From Strigamia acuminata (lineage: Eukaryota): DNA of 64,000 nt. The DNA lies in the NCBI GenBank assembly GCA_949358305.1, contig OX442314.1, positions 27,342,001 to 27,406,000 on the forward strand. The letters are read 5' to 3'. Positions 14,148 to 28,000 of this stretch are shown here, in pieces (positions within the stretch are counted from its first letter, which is position 1; each line of letters begins with the position of its first letter). The notes below the pieces were generated by a model. That model saw nothing but the letters and a program-made list of their open reading frames with translations. It was not told where the DNA came from and made no database searches. The position numbers and the translations under genes were made by a program.

Positions 14148-15878
14148 ATGGACACAACTAATCTGGATTTCGTAACTTCATCTTGCTATCTGGGCAGGTA
14201 GGTGCAAATAATCGAGGAAAACACTAAATTTCACAGCCACAACTACAATCACAAAGTGCACTGCACGACATTATCGCAACTTTTGTTCAAATTGTATCAC
14301 ACAACCTCATACATTCTGTGTGACAATTTGCCGCTGTGTGCCGCAAGTTGACAGATTTCTATTGACGTTTTCGACAAACATGGACGCAGATTGAAATTGG
14401 CATTAATTTACCATTACCAATAGATCAAAAAATTAATTTCTATCCCATAAAGTACACAATATTTTGTCAGTAATTAATTTATTCACCCAAAAAGTGCAAT
14501 TTTTCTCCAATTCTGTTTTTACATGGTCTTTTCTACACGATTTTGATTTAACTCGATCTATAAAAATAAATTCAATTCCGTTTTTAGACGATTTCTTTTG
14601 ATTTAACACCTTTTTATAAAGATACAAGTAGCTGCAATCAAATAATCGTGTCTTAAATGTTTTTGATGTTTGTGTGTTTGTTTTTGAATCGTTTAACACC
14701 ACAAAAAAATCAAAACACTTATAACACACATTACAACATGCAGCTAGTAGGCGCATTCAATAACTCATAAACGGTCGTTTAAACCCGTTTAAACAAACTT
14801 TTAAATAAGATTTTCGTTTAAAAGCTCATTTAAATGGGTGAAAACGGGCTGAAAATAAACAGGTCGTTTAAATCTCCGCGTTCCGAGTTTTTTGGGTCTC
14901 GTTGGCATCCATCTTGGATTTCCGTCAGATCGGTCGCAACCATCTCGATCGTATGTACAATTCTGAAGCAGTTATTGTTTGTTTAGAGTAAACAACAATA
15001 ATGATCATCACTATGGGCTGGAAACAATAGAAAAAAGCGAGGAAAGCAAACTCTCTCTCGGAAAAAAATACCCGTATGCGACTTGCGTACAGAAACTCCG
15101 TGATTAATTTTACTTTCCCTACCTGTTTTATTTTAAAGTATGTCGACGGTGGTACATTACCGCGGTTGTGCATTTCACACCTCTTCAGAAGCGAGAGCAA
15201 GACGTTCAACATCCCGAAACCACCTCAGGGACCTCGTGCCTGCAAAGAGGACACACGTCGACCTCAGGTCTATTATTTTGGAAACTGACATCACTGGGCG
15301 TAAACCAGGTATACAACAATCCATTAGTCTTCCAATGCCATTAATAATTAACAAATCGATTATTTAAAATATCTTTTATTGATTTTTATATTTCTACAGA
15401 TCCAGCTAAGGTTCAATATGAGATTCGAGTAGCAACTGGAGATACCTTTGGGGCTGGGACCGATGCAAATGTTTACGTAGTGGTTTTTGGAACAAATGGC
15501 GACTCTGGGACGTTACAACTCACGTCGAAATACACAAATTTATTTGAACGTGGTAAAACGGATTGTTTTATAATAGATGCACGTGCGGATTTGGGAGAGT
15601 TGACGAGGGTAAGATACAAATCTTTCGTCTTATCTAGTCATTGATTTTTATATTTCAAAATTTTTAACTAGCTTCACATTAAACACGATGACACCGGTTT
15701 CGGCGCCGCTTGGCTCTTGGATTCTGTGTTTATCACCAACCTGGAAACTGAGGCATCGTACATTTTTATTTGCAACGAATGGTTAGACAACGAACACGGA
15801 ACATCTCGGGATCTTCGTGCAATGCCGGAGGATTGTGAAGACGAGTTTGGTGGTGGCACAGAAACCGATGAAGACTAA
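14148..15878 (+). CDS. Single PLAT/LH2-domain protein, tandem copy 4
   Basis: Exons 14148-14197 (in-frame upstream ATG; alternative start 15140), 15139-15308, 15400-15608, 15672-15878: YEIRVATGDTFGAGTDANVY...LHIKHDDTGFGAAWLL...FICNEWLD; TAA at 15876-15878. Confidence 0.8.
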
Positions 15879-16739
15879 AAGATAGGTTGCTTGTATTGTA
15901 ATAATGTAGTACAGATGAATGAATTCTGATTTTACCCAAGCATTTAGGCCTACCTTTTATTTTTATTTTTATTTTTTAATTTTACTTGGAATCTTTTAGA
16001 AAGGCGGCTTTAAATTATTAATTTTTATGTATTGTCTGTCTGTATGTTATTTCTTGTGTACGTTGGTCTGTTTTTTTCTTTTCTTATCATACAAGATCTT
16101 GTTACTGTGCGTTTATTCATTGTAAGTACACGCAACATCATACACTACTGTAAGTTTTATTAGTCCTTGGGAAATGAGGCGCAAAATTGGTCACTCTGGG
16201 CCCTGCGTTATGTCATTTACATTAATCATTGCTAAATGCTACTGTTGCTAAGTCTTTATAATAACTGGTAAACAAATAAAAATTCTATTAATATTTATTG
16301 AAAAAAATTTTTAAATAAAGTCAATTCAATGGCGAAAAGCGTTTATTTAACTATCTACACAGGAAGTGCAACTTGAATTGATTATGCCTCCATCTATCAT
16401 TATCCATTGTAAATATAACTATTGCAACCCGTATTTAAATATTAAAATAATAATTATGGTATGCGTCACAATATATATCGAATGTTTAATTTATAATTTA
16501 CTATATTATATAATTTTGTTCAATTTTTAATGAATTCCATTAACTATAACTATAATTAACTCTACAAAATTACGACATTAAGTTACAAACATTTGTGTGA
16601 AACTTTAGCAATTATCTTTTTACTTTCCACACATTTCTTTTAGAATTATTTTTTTTGCGGTTTGTGCAAACTCATGTTTATTAAATTCACAGTCATCGAT
16701 TTTTAAATAAAACCGAAAGAGAAAAAGTATTGAATTATC

Positions 16740-16753
16740 GTTGCTATGGCAAC
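16740..16753. promoter_or_regulatory. RFX X-box (GTTGCTATGGCAAC) upstream of the six-PLAT gene
   Basis: Near-palindromic match to the RFX X-box consensus, immediately 5' of the leader exon that ends at the GTAAGT donor (16841). Confidence 0.75.
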
Positions 16754-17168
16754 AAGCCAAACCCAGCCCTAACATAACATGTGACTACACTTGACACTAT
16801 TACTCTGTATTTTTTACCACCATCTTTCCATTTTGTGCAGGTAAGTGAACAAAATTACAAATTCTAGATGCTGCAGATAAGCATTATACATTACTGAATT
16901 ATTTTTTTTCTAGTTACTGAGTACCTAAATACACCAGAACTCGTTTATACTGGTGGTTAATGAAACCATGTGGATCTGTCATTAATTCAACTAATGTGTT
17001 AAGTCATCATTAATTTTTCATAATAAAGTTTCTTTATTTCTATGACCACGCCTAAACATCTAACTGAATAACACTCTAATTTTGGATGTGTGAAGTGCAT
17101 TGACAAGTAAACAAACTTGTTTATAAATTTTTCAACTCCAAAAGATTTATTGTTTAATCATTTTTTAG

Positions 17169-20100
17169 TGTATAGACCAAGGTCAGCATATTATGCACGG
17201 CCCACTAAACTTTTTCATGTGTCTAAAGTGGACATGAATGACTTTTTCCAACCACAAATACTTTCAGCTTCTAAAACAAATGGTTTATGAAACCAATTTA
17301 TCATTCTTACTATTAAAAAATGACATTTTTATTATTTTTAGTAAATAGATACCAGTTTAAAGGATCAGCTAGTGATATACCTCAACAGTATAGAAAAAAG
17401 GTTTTTTTAAATTTATTATATTATATTTTATTTATTTATATCACACATATGATTGCAGGCTTTTGGCATTGAAGATGGAAGTGGAAAAATTGATTATGAA
17501 GTGACTGTAAGAACTGGGCAACAGGAGCTGGCAGGAACAACTGCCAATGTAAATAAGTAAAATGTGATTAACAAATTAATTGACTATATATTAACTGCCT
17601 AAAGATGTGGACTTCATTCAACCATTGAATAATACAAATAATTTAAATTGTATTTTTTTTTTTTAAATTCTAGGTGTACATGAAATTAGTTGGCAAATAT
17701 GGGACAGTAGCAAAACAAAGGTTAAAGGTGATGAGTTTTCCTCATGGGTCAGTTCGGATTTGTAAGATACATGGACCTGAAATTGGAGATTTAAAATGTG
17801 TACTGGTGGAAGTAAGTTATGGAAATTATTTTTTTAAAAAAATTGATTACATTTTGTAATTATTTAGAGTGATGCATTTGATGAAAAGGACTGCTGGTTT
17901 ATTGTTGACATTTTAATACACAATTGCAATACTAATCAGACATGGCACATTCCATGCCACTCTTGGCTATCATTATGGAGAGGTGATGGACGAGTATCAA
18001 AGTTTTTTACTGCTAAAAGTTACCAGTCAGCACATTTTACTGAGGTTAATAGCTTAGGTAATGTTTTATGGCAACTTTTCAAATATTTTTAAATACATTT
18101 ACTGAATTTATTTCTTAGATTATGAAATAACAACAGTGACGGGCACAATAGCAATGGCTGGAACGAGTGCCAATATATTTTTGACACTGTATGGTGAAAA
18201 GTTTGTGAGTCCTAAAATACATTTGGTGTGCAATGACGGAGATTGTTTCCGGCGCGGAAAACAAGACAGTTTTTTTGTCCGTGCTCCGAATGTTGGATAT
18301 TTAAAGCAAATCAAAATTGAGCATGATAATTCGGGAAATTCTCCGAGTTGGTATTTGGAAAAGGTCAGTTTCAATTTATACATTTGTGGTAAATTAAATG
18401 ATTGTCAGAACCCAATTTCAGTGCAGAGTTTTCTATTGCAGCGCAGCTCCGTGTATTGCAGTGAAGCGCTGTGTATTGCAGCGCAGCTCAGTGTATTGCA
18501 GCGCAACTCAGTGTATTGCAGCGCAGCTCAGTGTATTGCAGCGCAGCTCAGTGTATTGCAGCGCAGCTCAGTGTATTGCAGCGCAGCTCAGTGTATTTCA
18601 GCATAGCTCAGTGTATTGGACTGCAGTACAGGGTGTTGCAGTGTGTTGCAATGCAAAGTGATCTGATGCAATGTGATTTTTCCGAGAACTTGAACGTTGC
18701 AAATGAAAATCGATTATTTTCTATACAAAACTAAGATTTATTCGAAACCATTTGAACCTAAATCTTTCTATTCCTGTTGACCTTATTTGGAGCAAAATCA
18801 GGAAATGATAAATAAATGTTGGGCTAACAGTAAACTTGGCACTGCAACAATATTTTTTTTTGGAATTCTATTTCAGTCAATGATAAATTAAATGATTTCT
18901 TATTATAATTACAGGTTATAATTACAGATTTGGATAAATCTAAAATATTCACATTTAACTGCAATAATTGGTTAGCTGCAGATAAGGGAGACACCTCCAT
19001 AACCAGATATCTTCGCTTATCTAAAGAAAGTGCTGAAAATGAGGGTAATTTTATATTATTTAACAATTTTTTTAAAAACAGACATTAATTTAAAAAAATA
19101 ATTTTTAATATTCATCAGTTGAGAATTACAGAATCGATGTATTGACTGGCAGTCAAATTGGTGCTGAAACCGACTCCAAAGTGTATATTTCTTTATTCGG
19201 TCAATACGGAGAATCCGGAGAGCATATATTAGAAAATGGTATAAATAGTTTCCAACGAGGGAGGTATTTAATTATAAAATCTATTTATATTATTATTTAT
19301 GATTGATGACGTTTCTTTTATAGTTTAGGCCAATTTTTCATCACTACGCCATCGTTGGGAACGATCCGTCGCATTAAAATCCGGCACGACAACAACGGCA
19401 TCGTCAATCCCAGTTGGTTTCTTGAAAAAGTGTCGATCGAGAACATGAAAACAAACACTACCTACGAGTTTCATTGCCACAGATGGTTGTGTGAAACCAG
19501 AGGAGATGGCAAAATCGAAAGACACTTAGTTTTACATTCAACCGAGTTTTGCGAAACTACATCCCCTGGTAAAATATAGACCTATACAGAGTGTACAGAC
19601 CCAAATATAGGATGCTATATGTAAGGGTCCCATTTATTGGCCCACTAAATTTCCTTGGATTCCCACTAAAAAAAAACTAAATCTTCCACTAACTGACTTT
19701 ATCACTAAATTAATTTTTTTGTTCCACTATTTTAACTAAACCCAAATAAACTAATTTTCCTATGTAACGCAGAATAATCAAGCGCGTAAGAAATTGAGCG
19801 GTTGTGCAACTGCGGTTATTCAAGCGTGCAAATCACTTATTTGCGGTTATGCAACCGCAGATGCAAGTAACCTGCGGTTAGTCAACTTCAGGTGTTTGCT
19901 GTAATTCAACCCAACATTTTAAAAAAAATTTGGTTATTCAACCCTTTGTACATATTTTCACAGACTGTTGTGCAGGAAAGCCTTTTATTCACACTTCTAA
20001 ATGTTTTTTTTTATTTTATTTTTTTTTTAGTGTATTTATACACTGTGAAAATTTCGACTGGAGAAATGACCAATGCAGGAACCACTTCATCCGTGTTTAT

Positions 20101-21839
20101 CATTTTGTACGGAGGCGTTGATGGTCAAGAATCTAGTGGCAAAATATGGCTAAATAGAGGAAAATTCAAACGTGGCTGTTCAGATATATTCGATGTTGAA
20201 CTTCCTGCTTTATTAAGTCCATTGTCGCGGATAGCGGTTGGTCACGACAATGTTGGGACATCTCCATCTTGGTACTTGGTCTCGGTAAGTTAGTGATACA
20301 ATAACACTTAAAATAATCAATAGCACGTATTTTTTTTTGGGAATCTGTTAGGTGGCCGTCAGTTGTTTGGACACTGGAATCGAGCAGTTTTTCCCAAGTC
20401 GTCAATGGTTGGCGCGGAGTCATGGCGACCGTGCCATTTGTCGAGAACTATATGAAGATATTAAGTTACAGCGAAGCAGGAAAAAACGTGATATTGAGGA
20501 CTTGTAAACAGCCAAAATTAGCACTTAGAAAATAATTTTTCTTTGCACTTTGCAGTTATTCCTTGGATGGTTACAATTTATACGGGATGTCAATTGGGAT
20601 CGGGCACCGATTCCGATGTGCATTTAGTTCTGTATGGTGAGAAAGGGAAAACTGACCATTTGAATCTTTGGAACGATTCAAAGAATTTCCATCTGGGAGC
20701 TGCTGATCAATTCCAGTTGGCTACAAACGATGTTGGAACGCCAACTAAAATCAGAGTTTGGATCAATAATGATGATCTTGTTAGTGGATGGTATTTAGAA
20801 AAGGTAGGAAACTTTAATGGTTGTTGATTGATTTTATTGCAGAGATTTTCTTTTACCAAATAGGTGGAATTTTCCAATAAGTTGACCATGCAAACCTACG
20901 TATTTTATTGTAATCGTTGGCTGTCGAAAACAAAAGATGATGGCCGAATACTTCGCGAGTTTCCAGCCGAAGGTCCTGGCATCCACAATCGTTTATCGAG
21001 TCAGTTAATTTGGATTGGAGTTTGAGCGATACCAATATTTTGTTACCTTCCATGTAAAAAAAAAAACTTTAATTTTTAATTATCAAAATATAAGCATTTT
21101 TATATGATTTTTTGAAAATTTGGGGGGGGGATTTCAGTTTTGTTACGTAATTAGGGGGCGGGAGGTTCGGGAATTTAATACGAACATGTTACAGAGGGGG
21201 GAAATTTCCAAATTTAGCGTTACGTAATTTATGGACGGCCCCTAATTATGTTATCCTTCAAACCCTAATTCGATCATGGGTTATTTTATTTAAATGTATC
21301 GTAGAAGAAGAAATAAGAAGAAATATTTCTTTTCCTTATCAGTTGTACAATATTCAACTCTGGTGTACACGGGTAACGAATACAATGCTGGATCTGTAGC
21401 AACTGTTAGCATCTGTATCTATGGTGATTTAGGAGACAGTGGTCAAAGAGTTTTGCAATCAGCAAATGAAGGCAGCAAGTTTGAAAAGGGACAAGTAAGT
21501 ACTGATTACATTACATACTCAACCAAATTGACCTGATCAAATTCATGCTGAAAACATTGATTTAGGTTGAAGAATTCAGCCTTGAAGCAGTGTACTTGGG
21601 TAATTTGTATCAAGTAACCATTAAACATGAAACAAACAGACCAGGAGAAGGATGGTACCTGGAGAAGATTATCATTTGGCCATCAAACAGGGAGCCACAA
21701 ACAAAAACAATTTTTTTATGTAACAGGTAAAGAAACTTCACTTTGAAATACCAAAAATGAAAAATACCTAACTTTTCTGCTTCAATATTTTAGTTGGATA
21801 AACAATGAAGAGAAGGATTTATTCCCTCTTCAAACATGA
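17169..21839 (+). CDS. LOXHD1: Multi-PLAT protein with six PLAT/LH2 repeats, LOXHD1-like (orthology unproven, start codon not resolved)
   Basis: About 15 short exons splice into six PLAT repeats starting YEVTVRTG (~17495), YEITTVTG (~18121), YRIDVLTG (~19127), YTVKISTG (~20038), WMVTIYTG (~20564) and YSTLVYTG (~21351), each with the HDN..W.L..V and C..W(L) motifs or variants; TGA at 21837-21839. Leader exon ends at 16840. Confidence 0.75.
18434..18618. repeat. 20-bp minisatellite (GTGTATTGCAGCGCAGCTCA), ~9 units, intronic
   Basis: Direct tandem repeats without spacers. Confidence 0.9.
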
Positions 21840-22046
21840 AGAAAATGTCTCATTTTTATTTTTTTTTACTACCGGTAGCCTGGTTGAAAAAGTTGTTTAC
21901 ACACCTTCTGTGTCACTATTGCTTAAGTCAATATTAGACTATGGTTTGTGCAATTTGATCACATTTTTTTCAGATACAACCTGCATAACTTGTGTAAATA
22001 ATTGTAACATTTGTAAAATATTGCATAATTCATTTAAAAACAACTA

Positions 22047-22458
22047 TCGTACTGCCTCATTTAAACGCCCAGGTGTTTAAATTTTTTTTGGGCCGACCCG
22101 CCAGGCGGTAATTTGAAACCAGGCGTTTATTTGAACCAGGTGTTTAACCAGAAAAATAGTCCAAAATAAATTTTTGGGAAAACAAAGTAGCAAAAACAAA
22201 TTTTTTTTTGGAAATAAATTTTTAATTTTATAATTTGCAATCATCTACACATCCCATTTAGTTAATAAGTGATCAGAAACAGCAAAGGCACCCGGAAAGT
22301 GCCAACAATTGCAGCAGCATCAATTTTTGTGCGGCACTTCAGAAACGTTTTGTAGACGTAATTGGCCATTCCCCGTTTGCCCAGCGCCAAATTGAAACCC
22401 GGCGTTAAAACGGGCCCGGCGTTCGAATGAATCCGGGCGCTTAAATGAGGCAGTGCGG
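22047..22458. mobile_element. MITE with TIRs (C/T)CG(C/T)ACTGCCTCATTTAA, TA-flanked
   Basis: Terminal inverted repeats flanked by TA; related fragment at ~25840-25900. Confidence 0.65.
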
Positions 22459-24365
22459 TAAGTCTAATTAATGTGTAAATGAGCAAGTATAAGATAGATT
22501 ACACCATCATGTCAAATAGATTTATTAATTGCACTTCAGTTTAAAATACAAATCACAGAAATGTCTGTATAGGCACTTTGGGATATCATTTATTTTGTAA
22601 AAATATATATTTCTTATGTATACACCTAATGCACTAATCTTAATAAACAATAATAATGAATAAATAATAAAACTGTGCAAACAATCTGAAGAAAACAAAA
22701 ACATGCTGAATTTTATACAATTTTAGAATAGAAAAACCTAATAATAACAAGCGAAAGGTAATATTTGCAACTTACCAATAACATTATACCTATTTAGCAT
22801 TTAACAACCGTCGGCCTGCAGTGGCCATTAATATCTTCATAATTATTAAACCAAACAATTAGTATCACTATAGCAACTCACTCTAGATATGAACAATCCA
22901 CAAATTTACAAATAATTTCAACCGCACTCTGTAGTCATAATTGATTTTTCAAAAATTTGAGCTACACCTGTCAACATCAACATCACAACAAACATGCCTA
23001 CAAAAACAAACCAACCCACAGGATCCATTGGTAAAATATTTACAAATTAATGTTTAATATTAGTCAAACTAATATTAAAATATCACTCAAGAAGTCAAGT
23101 TTCTTGCCCTTATGATGCTTTGAAGAGTAAACAGACATTTTCATGCACATCTAGTGTGACTTAAAATTGATAAAAATGCAAATGACAATTTCTTTTGCCG
23201 CTCAAAAGTGCTGCCCCAAGCACATCCCTACTTTAAACAAAAATTCTCAAAATGTTTCAATTTCTTTTCCAAATTTTATTGAGGGCCTCATTTTTATTGA
23301 TACTTAATTTGAAATAATCTGCCCCCTTTTACATTCCACAAGAAAGTTCATCTTAAGACAACTAACTGTGTGCGATTACTTTTTCTATGCTTTGGAATTG
23401 GGGACATGTGGCTAATACTTTTACGGTTATTAGAAATCTGATAATTATATGAAGGAGCTAAATGGAGGGTTTTAATGTGTTTTAGTGTGGAGCAATTTTG
23501 AAAAGAATATGATTGTTGTTGGTTCTCTAGCAAAGCTTTAAAGATGAAGTCAAAAATTCCCATTGGATAAGTTTAAACCAGCAAACGTGACATGGAATGG
23601 CCGGTGGCCCGTAACGCTGTGAATTATTTTCTCCTTTTGTTGTGGATCGATCTATCCAAAATTCCCTGTATAAATTTGTTCTTGTGGCCCGACCTGTCCA
23701 GATTTCCCGGTACTAAATTTGTTCCCAGTCCAGCCCTGATTGTGGACCACAAACACGAGGGCCGGCTTAAGGCACAATCGAGCAATACAATCGTACAGTG
23801 CACTAAATCTTAGAAAGCAAATTAATGCGGCCAAAATTCACTAACCTAGCTGATAGAGCGCAAAAAAGACCAATTGTAATTTTCGTGCATTCAAAACAAT
23901 GTATGACAGGCGTAAAGGGCGCTGTATACCTGAAGCCAGCTATGAAAAACACTAGGTGCAATCAACCCTTGGGACGATAAGCAACTTAATTTCCTTACAT
24001 GTCTTTTAGAAAGGCACCCCCTTATCTTCCTTACTGATGTAACTTACCGTATTACCCCGGTTTAAGTGGCATGTCACTATAAGTGAAATTACCAACTTTT
24101 GGAAATACCACTTACGAATGCCGCTAAAAACGGGATTTACTCGCAGCCTGGTCAAACCCATACTCCAGCAGCATGCCGCTTAAAGCCGGGTAATACGGTA
24201 TGCATTGAACTTGCGCAGTATTGATGTTCTTTTATCGAGTTAGATCGGTGATCATCTTGGAAACTACACAAAGTTATCAATGCGTTCAGTCTTAAAGTGA
24301 CTTATGGAAAAGGAAGAAAGGTTGAAATGACTTCGCCTTTTACAAATTAAACGCACCTACTGTTA

Positions 24366-24765
24366 AGGTGGAAACACAAGGGAGCGGGTAAAATTCCAAA
24401 GCTTGCTAGTACAAGTTTAAAGAGGGAGTCATTTACAGGCTTACTTGACCCGCTTTTGGCTTACCAGCTTAACTGGCAAACTCAAGCTAGCTAGGTAGCT
24501 AGCCAGAAATTCCTGCCAAAATCTCTTCCAAGAATTTCCTCACGATTCTGATTGGCTGTCAAAGTCACGTGACCAAAACACCAGCAAGCTTGAAGCTGGT
24601 AAATCAAAATCAGTTTGATCGGAGCGGGTGAGTACAAACTCGCTTCAAAGCAAAGCTTTGAATAAAAACGCAAGCTTGTGTTTGCTCAAGCGGGCGTTTT
24701 TTTTAGCCACTTTTTCATGTAAAAGCAAGCTTTGGAATTTTACTCGCTCCCTTGTGTTTCCACTT
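24366..24765. mobile_element. PIF/Harbinger-like MITE, copy 2 (inverted relative to copy 1)
   Basis: Same TIRs, TTA target-site duplication; internal sequence is the near reverse complement of 12324-12722. Confidence 0.85.
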
Positions 24766-25008
24766 TTACTGTATGTAAATATCAATAATTGTGCTGTGAG
24801 CTGCAGAAAATGGCAATGTCAAATAGCAACACACACAAATTGTTTACTTACTAATATAATTCCCTTCCCCCTATATTATAATTTCCCTGGCAAAAACATG
24901 ATTCTGAAACATGGATTCAACGTTTCGTGTATGAATTTTTGACCGTAACTATTGAATTATTATAAAGTAGAAAAATAATCTCAAGTATAGATGACAAAAA
25001 GAGAAAGC

Positions 25009-28000
25009 CTATAAAGAGTCCATTGTGTTGTAAACTCCTTTTCTCTTTTTGTTATTTTTATACCCAGGTAATGCTTGTAACCGGCCGGGTTTCTTAGTTG
25101 ACATATCATCAGGACTTCCGTTGCCACTATCACCACTCTGCAGAAAACTTTTTTCTCCAGAATTGATAAAGTTTGAGTTAATACCATTGCTAAAGTATGA
25201 TCCATTGACTGATGAACTTAAATTGAGACCTGCTAATGTATCCTTGCTACCAAGCGAAGATAGTCCATTTCCATTCAAATATGAACCAGCACTAGTTGAT
25301 TTTTGAAGGACTGTATTGAGTGAATGTATATTTTGAGTAAATATTACAATTTAATCAATTTCTTGTAGAGCTTACACAAATTTCTCCCACATGAATCTTC
25401 TTTAGCTTTCTGTAAAAGCTCTGCAGTCCTTCGAGGCTTAAAATAATTGCCAGCAATATCTTCTTGAGCACCTTTTTGAAGCTTCTGTTAATAACAATAA
25501 TAAATTTTAATTCCAAATTACATTTTAGTGGCTGGAGTTTATACCAGGTGGTTTAGCATTATGATTATTAGTGCATTCATGGAAATTATTCAAAATTATC
25601 AAAAGTGCAGCAATATCTGCTCCCGACCTTTCTTGTAGTGCTTTGCCGTCCATTTTACGGTAATTTTTTTTGCATATGTTACCTGTGACAACACTACACA
25701 AGCGACTTTTTTTACCATTTGAAAAACTTTATAACCCGTGAATAGAAAATGGTAATTTTTCTGCAAAAATCTCCATTTTTTTGCAAAAAAAAGGCGATTT
25801 TTGGGGATTCGACGCCAATTCCATAGATCGCCGATGACTGCCGGGCGCTAAAACGGGCCCAGCGTCTTACTGAACCCGGACGTTTAAACGAGGCGGTATG
25901 GCAATGATATTAGCATTTACCATGTTTACATGTACCCAGTTATCTGGATAAATGAAAATGCGAATTTTACTTTTCTGGAAAATTGATCATGTAAACAAAT
26001 CAGTTTTCTAGAAAAAACAGACTTATCTGGAAAACTAAATTCCAGTTGTACGAGCTAGATTTTGGGCGTTTTGCGCATTGAAAACTGCATGTAAACACCC
26101 GTGCATGCAAAAATTCAAAAACTTGGATCAAGATATCGTCAGATCGTTGAAGTAAAAATACGTTAGGCTTACGTACCAACGACATTTGGTACCAAAATCA
26201 ATGTGAAATCAGCTAAAACCACCATTTTTGGGATCAGAATTTGCATATTAGGCACCATTGCAAAGATCGAGCAAAAACCTCTTTTCTAACCACCATTTCA
26301 TTTGTTTGGCTGAAATGGATCAACAGCCATTTTGTTGTTCCAGATAATCAAAGGGCAGTATGGGTAATTCTCGTATGACGTCACGTTTATCAGAAAACTA
26401 ACGTCATGTAAACGCAAACGGTTATCCAGATAAATAAAATCCGAATATTCACTTATCTGGAAAACTGTGACCATGTAAACATGGTAAATGACTGGTCCAT
26501 TTTCTAGATAGTGAGACCATGGTGTGGTCTATAGGCCAATGATTCTTCATCTGTTTGGGGTCCAGTAGACCCCTTAGATTCTCAAAATATTTTCTCGCAC
26601 CTCCGAATGCACTCTTTTATAATGTAAAACCACTGGCACAGCATATACAGCTACCCATATTACTTTAAGAAACTTATCTTCTCCATCATTGCTGGCATCA
26701 TCATCATGCAAAGTTGTGTATATATTAACCGGGCTTGCAGGTATACCATTAACCATTTGCACTCTGCCTCCTGGTTGAATACCTAGATCCAAACAAAAAA
26801 TTTCCAATAAATTTCTAATTTTTGTTAACTAGACAAAGTAAATTTTACCTGCTGGTGGTAATTTGGTTTTACAAATTTGCAAATCAGGTAATCGCCAACA
26901 CTGTTGATCAGCATCCCATTGGGATTCGTTCTTAATTTTGTCTAAGTTACTGTAGTTACAGTCCCTTCTGATGCAAGGTTGAACTTTAGTGAGAATTTGC
27001 TGCATTAGTTTAACATGTTGATCTTGTTTGCGTATTGTTTCTAAATAGTCCACTCTGTCTCCTTCGAATTCACTGTGGATATCCCGGATTTCTATTTGCA
27101 GTGAATCAATCTTTCTTTTGGCTTTTTTGAGCAATTCTGTTTTGGCTTTTAGTTCTTCCTGAATGTTGTCATAAACCTTGAGCATAACCAAATCATCTTC
27201 ATTTACTTGATGCAATGCTTCTATATTAATGAAAAAAACATATATTGGTTCAACCCACCAAAGTTTTAATAGATTCGTGCAATAACTGAAAAACACAGCA
27301 ATAGAATGTCCTCCAAATGGATGTTCTATTGTATCCAATTGACATGTTTGGGACTCTAACTCCCATTAGTTGAGCCGGATTACACCTAACTGTGGACTGT
27401 GCTGTGCTCTACTGCGCGGAAAAGTAGTTCCGTTTAATTTCAATGAATTTCAGTGTAAAAAGTGATTAGAATGATGGATTGTATTTAATTTGTAATAAAA
27501 TTGTTAATTTGCTAAATCTGCTTTTTCCCCTTTTAATCAATCAAATAATGTTAGCATAGTTTGTAGGGTTTCTGTTTTCCCGCCTTTTTTTAATTCCCGG
27601 TTCCCGGTACCAAAATGGCCGGGACTCCCGGAACTAAAAAAGGTCAGGCGACTAAAAATGACTGTTTTTCGTCAAAATTGGCCGTTATTCGTCAAAAATA
27701 GCCATTTTCATCATCGAAACGTTACAAAATGTAACGTTTCAATGACGAAAATGATGTTTCAGCAACGTTTTGACCATTTTAGATGCAACCAGTTATTTTT
27801 TCAAATTACCTGGTTCCCGGTTCTGTTATTTTTCAACGGGTTTTCCGGTAACAAAAGGCTATTGGCCGGTTAAACAAAGGTTTAGTTTTTTATTGGTTGT
27901 TTTGCCTATAGTCTGTGCACGGTATCTTGATGCTAAATTCGTACTGCGCATCCCATTCTGCGCAGACGATTTTATAAATCCAGTTGTTATTTAGCAGTAT

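Noticed and set aside
18434..18618. CRISPR-like array or repetitive Cys-rich ORFs (18136-18734)
   Set aside because: Head-to-tail 20-bp units with no spacers in a eukaryotic intron; the ORF extensions beyond the donor at ~18364 are by-products of the repeat.
1..21839. One continuous LOXHD1 gene spanning all PLAT exons
   Set aside because: Each small unit ends in its own stop codon, and the next unit begins with its own X-box and leader exon.
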